DNA of 8,178 bases from Nitrosomonas europaea (GTDB lineage: Bacteria > Pseudomonadota > Gammaproteobacteria > Burkholderiales > Nitrosomonadaceae). Shown here in pieces: positions 5,270-8,178 of this stretch. The number at the start of each line of letters is the position of its first letter. The stretch's first letter is position 1. Made by a program: the position numbers and the translations under genes. The stretch is taken from NCBI RefSeq assembly GCF_900167395.1, contig NZ_FUWK01000062.1:1-8178 (forward strand). The letters run 5' to 3'. Under the pieces are notes generated by a model that worked only from the letters and a program-made list of their open reading frames with translations, searched no databases and was not told the origin of the DNA.

Positions 5270-5776
5270 GTGGCACGAAAATGTTTTTATAGCTTTCACT
5301 ATCAGCCAGATAACTGGCGTGCCTCTACTGTGCGCCAAATTGGAGCTATCGAAGGTAACCAACCGGCCAAAGACAATGATTGGGAGTCGATTGCTAGCGG
5401 CGCCAATCAAGACGAGAAAATCAAGCGCTGGATCGCAGAACAAATGCAAGGCCGCACTTGCACGATTGTTCTTGTCGGCACATCTACCGCTAATCGCAAA
5501 TGGATCAATCACGAGATAGTTAAGTCCTGGAATGATGGGCTGGGTGTGGTCGGAATTCGAATTCATGGCCTAAAGGATCGAAACGGAAATACGTCAGCAA
5601 TGGGGAAAAACCCTTTCGATCACATAACTCATGGCCCAAGTAAGAAGCCGCTTTCCTCTCTCGTCAAGTGCTATAACCCTGCGGGTGCTACCAGTCAGGA
5701 TCGTTACGCATGGATTGCTCAGCACCTCGAAAATGCAGTGGCAGAAGCAATACGAATCCGAAAAGCGAACTCGTAA
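5270..5776 (+). CDS. thsB: ThsB-like TIR-domain protein (DUF1863 / TIR-like family)
   Basis: MARKCFYSFHYQPDNWRASTVRQ..., ...CTIVLVGTSTANRKWINHEIVKSWNDGLGVVGIRIHGLKDRNGNTSAMGKNPFDHI parallels my recollection of Bacillus cereus ThsB (KRVFFSFHYQ...FRVNVVRN; VTCVLIGSQTFNRRWVRYEIMKSIEKGNKIIGIHINAFKDKYGN...GPNPFDYL). This includes the W..x.EI glutamate expected of TIR NADases. AGGAG lies 7 nt upstream of the GTG at 5270. The TTG at 5267 is an alternative start. Confidence 0.9.
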   Translation: MARKCFYSFHYQPDNWRASTVRQIGAIEGNQPAKDNDWESIASGANQDEKIKRWIAEQMQGRTCTIVLVGTSTANRKWINHEIVKSWNDGLGVVGIRIHGLKDRNGNTSAMGKNPFDHITHGPSKKPLSSLVKCYNPAGATSQDRYAWIAQHLENAVAEAIRIRKANS

Positions 5777-5785
5777 CAAAGTGAC

Positions 5786-5857
5786 GCCCAACCCTTCGGT
5801 CAAGAGGGACGCTCCGCCGGCAAGCCGGCTACGCGCCTCTTACCTTCAACGTTAGGC
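5786..5857 (+). other. Integron attC recombination site #4 (R'' GCCCAAC 5786-5792 ... R' GTTAGGC 5851-5857)
   Basis: 72 bp. The arms GGTcAAGAGG (5798-5808) / CCTCTTACC (5836-5844) pair with one unpaired C (5801, = extrahelical G on the bottom strand, as in canonical attC). The palindromic centre is GCCGGCAAGCCGGC. The spacer is TTCAAC before GTT. GTGACGCCCAAC (5781-5792) is the exact reverse complement of GTTGGGCGTCAC at the cassette start (4801-4812). Confidence 0.85.
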
Positions 5858-5937
5858 ATCAGTCGTTCGCATCTCTCACGTGCAGTGATAAATAGCTATG
5901 GTGGAGACATCCACCATCAAACTTATAGGAGAAAACT

Positions 5938-6168
5938 ATGTCAAAAGAAATAGCTTATGTGTCCGTACAACTTGACGATAACGTCCCTGAGTACATGGAT
6001 GGGATAATTCGCTGTGGCTCCGTCACATCTCAAGACGAAGATGGTAACGACCTGCAAGACCACCAAGAGCTTATCGACAACGCGGAGTTCCGCTCGGAAG
6101 ATGAACTTATCAGCTACGTCGCTAGCAAGCTTGGAGTTAGCAAGGATATTGTTGGCATTGATGCCTAA
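5938..6168 (+). CDS. Hypothetical highly acidic 76-aa protein (single-gene cassette)
   Basis: AGGAG lies 7 nt upstream of the ATG. The composition is about 18 Asp/Glu against 5 Lys/Arg by hand count (QDEDGNDLQDHQELIDNAEFRSEDE). The stop TAA (6166-6168) sits in the R'' box of the cassette's attC. I recognise no family. Confidence 0.7.
   Translation: MSKEIAYVSVQLDDNVPEYMDGIIRCGSVTSQDEDGNDLQDHQELIDNAEFRSEDELISYVASKLGVSKDIVGIDA
6157..6167 (+). other. Left fragment of attC #5 (R'' box GCCTA|AC interrupted by the group II intron)
   Basis: TTGATGCCTA (to 6167) joined to ACAA (8175-8178) gives TTGATGCCTAACAA. This restores R'' GCCTAAC. It is complementary to the cassette start GTTAGGCATCAG (5851-5862) at 11/12 positions and identical to the ATGCCTAACAA of attC #1 (2182-2192). 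Confidence 0.75.
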
Positions 6169-6236
6169 TCGGGTAGCTGGGAGCTTTTAACTCCCAGCCC
6201 CCACACCACCCACCGTGCGGGTCCGCAGTAGGCGGT
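6168..6236 (-). ncRNA. Group II intron domain V (6205-6236) and domain VI with bulged branch-point A (6174)
   Basis: DV RNA is ACCGCCUAC-UGCG-GACC-CGCA-CG-GUGGGUGGU: a 9-bp lower helix (with a CGC triad containing a G.U pair), a 2-nt CG bulge, a 4-bp upper helix and a tetraloop. In DVI, GCUGGGAG/CUCCCAGC form an 8-bp helix extended by GGG/CCC, with an unpaired A at 6174, the 7th nt from the 3' splice site. Folded by hand. Confidence 0.8.
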
Positions 6237-6268
6237 TCAACGAGCGTGCTCGTGTGACGACGACGCCT

Positions 6269-7582
6269 TCAACCCTTGTCCGGCCCGTAGCTCTGTGCTT
6301 TGCACCACAGGTCTTTGATGCTGAGCAGTCCCTGTGCCCTGAGCCAGTCGTTGGACATGGCCTGTTGGGTCACCGGAGTTCTGGCCATGCGCCAATAGCT
6401 CAGGCTGCTCACGCCGTGTTGGATGGCAGCCTTCAGCGGTATGCCCAAGTCCAGCAGGTGCCGGATCTTAGTGCGCGCCCAGCGCCACTGTTTCCAGTAG
6501 CACATACGCACCCGACGTCGGATCCATTCGTCCAGTTCCGGGATCGGCCGGTAGTACTGGCTGATCCCGTAGTACCCGAACCATCCCCGCAGATACTGAC
6601 CGAGCTTTTCCAGCCGGTACTCCATGCTGACGCCCCAACTTCTGCCGGTGAGTTGCCGCACCCGATGCTTGAAATTCGCCAGGGATTTCTCTGTCCAGCG
6701 GATCTTCTTGCCCACAAGAGTGAAGCCTAGAAAGCTGCATTCACTCATCGGTGCGACTTGGCTCTTGGCCAGGTTCACGGTGAGCTTGAGGGTGGATTGC
6801 AGGAAGTACGTGAGGCTTTGCATCACCCGCTCGGCCGCGCGTCGGGACTTGACCAGGATGATCACATCGTCGGCGTAGCGGGCGAAGCGGTGTCCGCGGC
6901 GTTCCAGTTCGAGATCGAACTGGTGCAGCAGGACGTTGGCCAACAGCGGCGAGAGCGGCCCGCCTTGCGGCGTGCCCACCTCGCTGGGTTGGGGGTGCTC
7001 CCCGACCAGCACCCCGGCGCGCAGGTAGCGCCCGATCAGGGCCAGCAGTCGCTTGTCGGCGATGCTTCGACTCAGCAGGCTCATCAACAGGTCATGGTTG
7101 ACGTTGTCGAAGAACCTGGCCAAGTCCAGATCTACCGCCCAACGGTAGCCGGCCTTCACGTGCGCCTGCACCTGGCGGATCGCCTGGTGTGCATTGCGGC
7201 CCGGTCGGAAGCCGAAGCTCGATGCCGAAAAGCCCGGATCGAAGATCGGTATGAGCACCTGGGCGATGGCCTGCTGGATGACCCGGTCCGTGACGGTCGG
7301 GATGCCCAGTTGCCGTTGGCCGCCATCGGGCTTGGGGATATCCACCCGTCGCACCGGTTGCGGCCGATATCGCCCGGCCTCGATCTGCTCGCGCGTGGCT
7401 GGCCAGTGTGCGCGGGCGTGTTCGGGCCATTCCGCCGTGGTCACGCCGTCGATACCCGGCGCCCCCCTATTGGATTTGACCCTGCGCCACGCCCGCGCCA
7501 GGTTGTCTCTGGCCAGCACGGCCTCGAGCAGGTCTTGGCCGTCTTGGTTATGGTCGTCGTCTTGGTTCAAGGCTCGGTGCAT
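6269..7582 (-). CDS. ltrA: Group II intron-encoded reverse transcriptase/maturase (RT + X domains, no En domain)
   Basis: 437 aa. It has NRGAPGIDG (RT1), RRVDIPKPDGGQRQLGIPTVTDRVIQQA (RT2/3), FGFRPGRNAHQA (RT4), DLDLARFFDNVNHD, GTPQGGPLSPLLANV (RT5), FARYADDVIILV (YADD, RT5/6), FLGF (RT7) and the maturase X motif LGQYLRGWFGYYG. The protein ends shortly afterwards, so there is no HNH endonuclease. Confidence 0.95.
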   Translation of the reverse strand: MHRALNQDDDHNQDGQDLLEAVLARDNLARAWRRVKSNRGAPGIDGVTTAEWPEHARAHWPATREQIEAGRYRPQPVRRVDIPKPDGGQRQLGIPTVTDRVIQQAIAQVLIPIFDPGFSASSFGFRPGRNAHQAIRQVQAHVKAGYRWAVDLDLARFFDNVNHDLLMSLLSRSIADKRLLALIGRYLRAGVLVGEHPQPSEVGTPQGGPLSPLLANVLLHQFDLELERRGHRFARYADDVIILVKSRRAAERVMQSLTYFLQSTLKLTVNLAKSQVAPMSECSFLGFTLVGKKIRWTEKSLANFKHRVRQLTGRSWGVSMEYRLEKLGQYLRGWFGYYGISQYYRPIPELDEWIRRRVRMCYWKQWRWARTKIRHLLDLGIPLKAAIQHGVSSLSYWRMARTPVTQQAMSNDWLRAQGLLSIKDLWCKAQSYGPDKG

Positions 7583-8178
7583 GCCGACCGCCGCCGTGCC
7601 TGGCCCATGCGGGCTTCATCGGTTTGGTCGAGTTCGGTCACGTCTGCTCCTTAGTATCTCGTTGTTCAGCCCTTCGGCAGCCCGACACCTGGCTGCCTAC
7701 TATGGCTTCTGCTGACTTCTGCACCGTCACGCCCACCGTTGCCAGTGGACGCGCTGCCCGTCTGATCGTGCGTCGCTGCCGGTTTCTTCGCTCGTGGCGG
7801 GCAGCTCGCCACGGCTCCTGGTCCTTGGTTGCCCGGTGGGACCGGCCGGGTCATCGTCACGATCAGGCTGGCCGCCGTCAGCACAGACCTCCCCAGGTAA
7901 GAACGCGAACTGTCGGTGCACAAGCGCCGCATTTACCGTGGCCGGCGTACCGTTGGGCTTCGCTGTCATGTGCCAGCTCGCCTCGCCTGCCTCGGCCTTC
8001 TATGCGGTTTCTGTCCGTCGCCTCGCACCTCTTGCACTCCGGCTTCCTCCAGACAATCCCTCACGGGCTTGCCCTTGCCTTCGGCTCGTGGTTATACTCG
8101 GTTCACAATGAATCCAAGTCGGTACTCCCACAGGGGACTTGCACCCCATAAGTTCGCGCCCATGCTGGGCGCACACAA

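Larger units (their letters stand above)
6168..8174 (-). mobile_element. Complete group II intron (about 2.0 kb), inserted in an attC site in the manner of bacterial class C (attC-targeting) introns
   Basis: On the minus strand the 5' end is GUGCG at 8174. About 590 nt of structured GC-rich RNA (domains I-III) precede the IEP ORF in domain IV. Domains V and VI follow the ORF, and the 3' end is ...CCCGAU at 6168 (AY terminus). The flanking exons rejoin to a consensus attC R'' box. Confidence 0.9.

Noticed and set aside
5160-5855. Overlapping ORFs 5160-5519 (+), 5231-5566 (-), 5594-5803 (-) and 5631-5855 (+)
   Set aside because: All overlap the strongly supported TM and ThsB-like genes in alternative frames or on the opposite strand. 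The last one is translated through attC #4. None has motifs or an SD.
6269-7582. Possibility that the reverse transcriptase marks a retron, DGR or Abi-type RT defence system
   Set aside because: The protein has the maturase X domain (RGWFGYYG). It is embedded in RNA with a GUGCG 5' end, a canonical domain V and domain VI with a bulged A, and precise exon junctions in an attC. That makes it a group II intron, not a retron msr/msd or a DGR TR/VR arrangement.
6215-8151. Long + strand ORFs inside the intron region (6215-6730, 6624-6878, 6758-7654, 7194-7715, 7624-8151, 7794-8111), plus overlapping minus-strand ORFs in other frames (6433-6717, 6468-6740, 7092-7430, 7666-7932, 7727-7969)
   Set aside because: They are antisense to, or out of frame with, a well-supported RT/maturase gene, or lie within structured intron RNA. 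Their Arg/Pro/Gly/Ala-rich, low-complexity translations are the usual artefact of stop-codon-poor GC-rich DNA. I see no motifs and no SDs.
1-8178. CRISPR arrays, tRNA/rRNA genes, integron integrase or attI
   Set aside because: There are no regularly spaced short direct repeats. The only repeats are the 289-bp pair, the IS ends and the attC palindromes. I noticed no cloverleaf-like or rRNA-like segments. I saw no tyrosine-recombinase ORF; the only substantial ORFs I could not assign (1370-1660 minus strand, 1995-2189) carry no recombinase motifs. If an intI exists it lies outside the window.

Overview
I read this AT-leaning accessory region as an integron gene-cassette array with cassettes on the + strand, heavily invaded by mobile DNA. 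From left to right it contains the following. (1) The 3' end of an IS3-family IS (1-354). (2) A RES toxin / Xre-DUF2384 antitoxin pair on the - strand (384-1297). (3) A decayed IS3 left end (1376-1575) next to copy A of a ~289-bp repeat. (4) A short ORF plus an attC site. (5) A brnT/brnA toxin-antitoxin cassette. (6) A second cassette with a frameshifted brnT and an intact brnA-family antitoxin, ending in a near-perfect attC hairpin. (7) A decayed IS3 orfB remnant (3544-4161, - strand) next to copy B of the 289-bp repeat. (8) A 1050-bp cassette (4802-5851) encoding a small 3-TM membrane protein plus a ThsB-like TIR protein. This is my top candidate for an undescribed minimal Thoeris-like defence system. 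(9) A cassette encoding a very acidic 76-aa protein. Its attC is split by a complete, GC-rich group II intron (6168-8174, - strand; RT/maturase 6269-7582) inserted the way attC-targeting class C introns insert. I saw no integron integrase, attI, tRNA, rRNA or CRISPR array in the window. All homology statements come from reading the translations and recalling family motifs. No database search was run.
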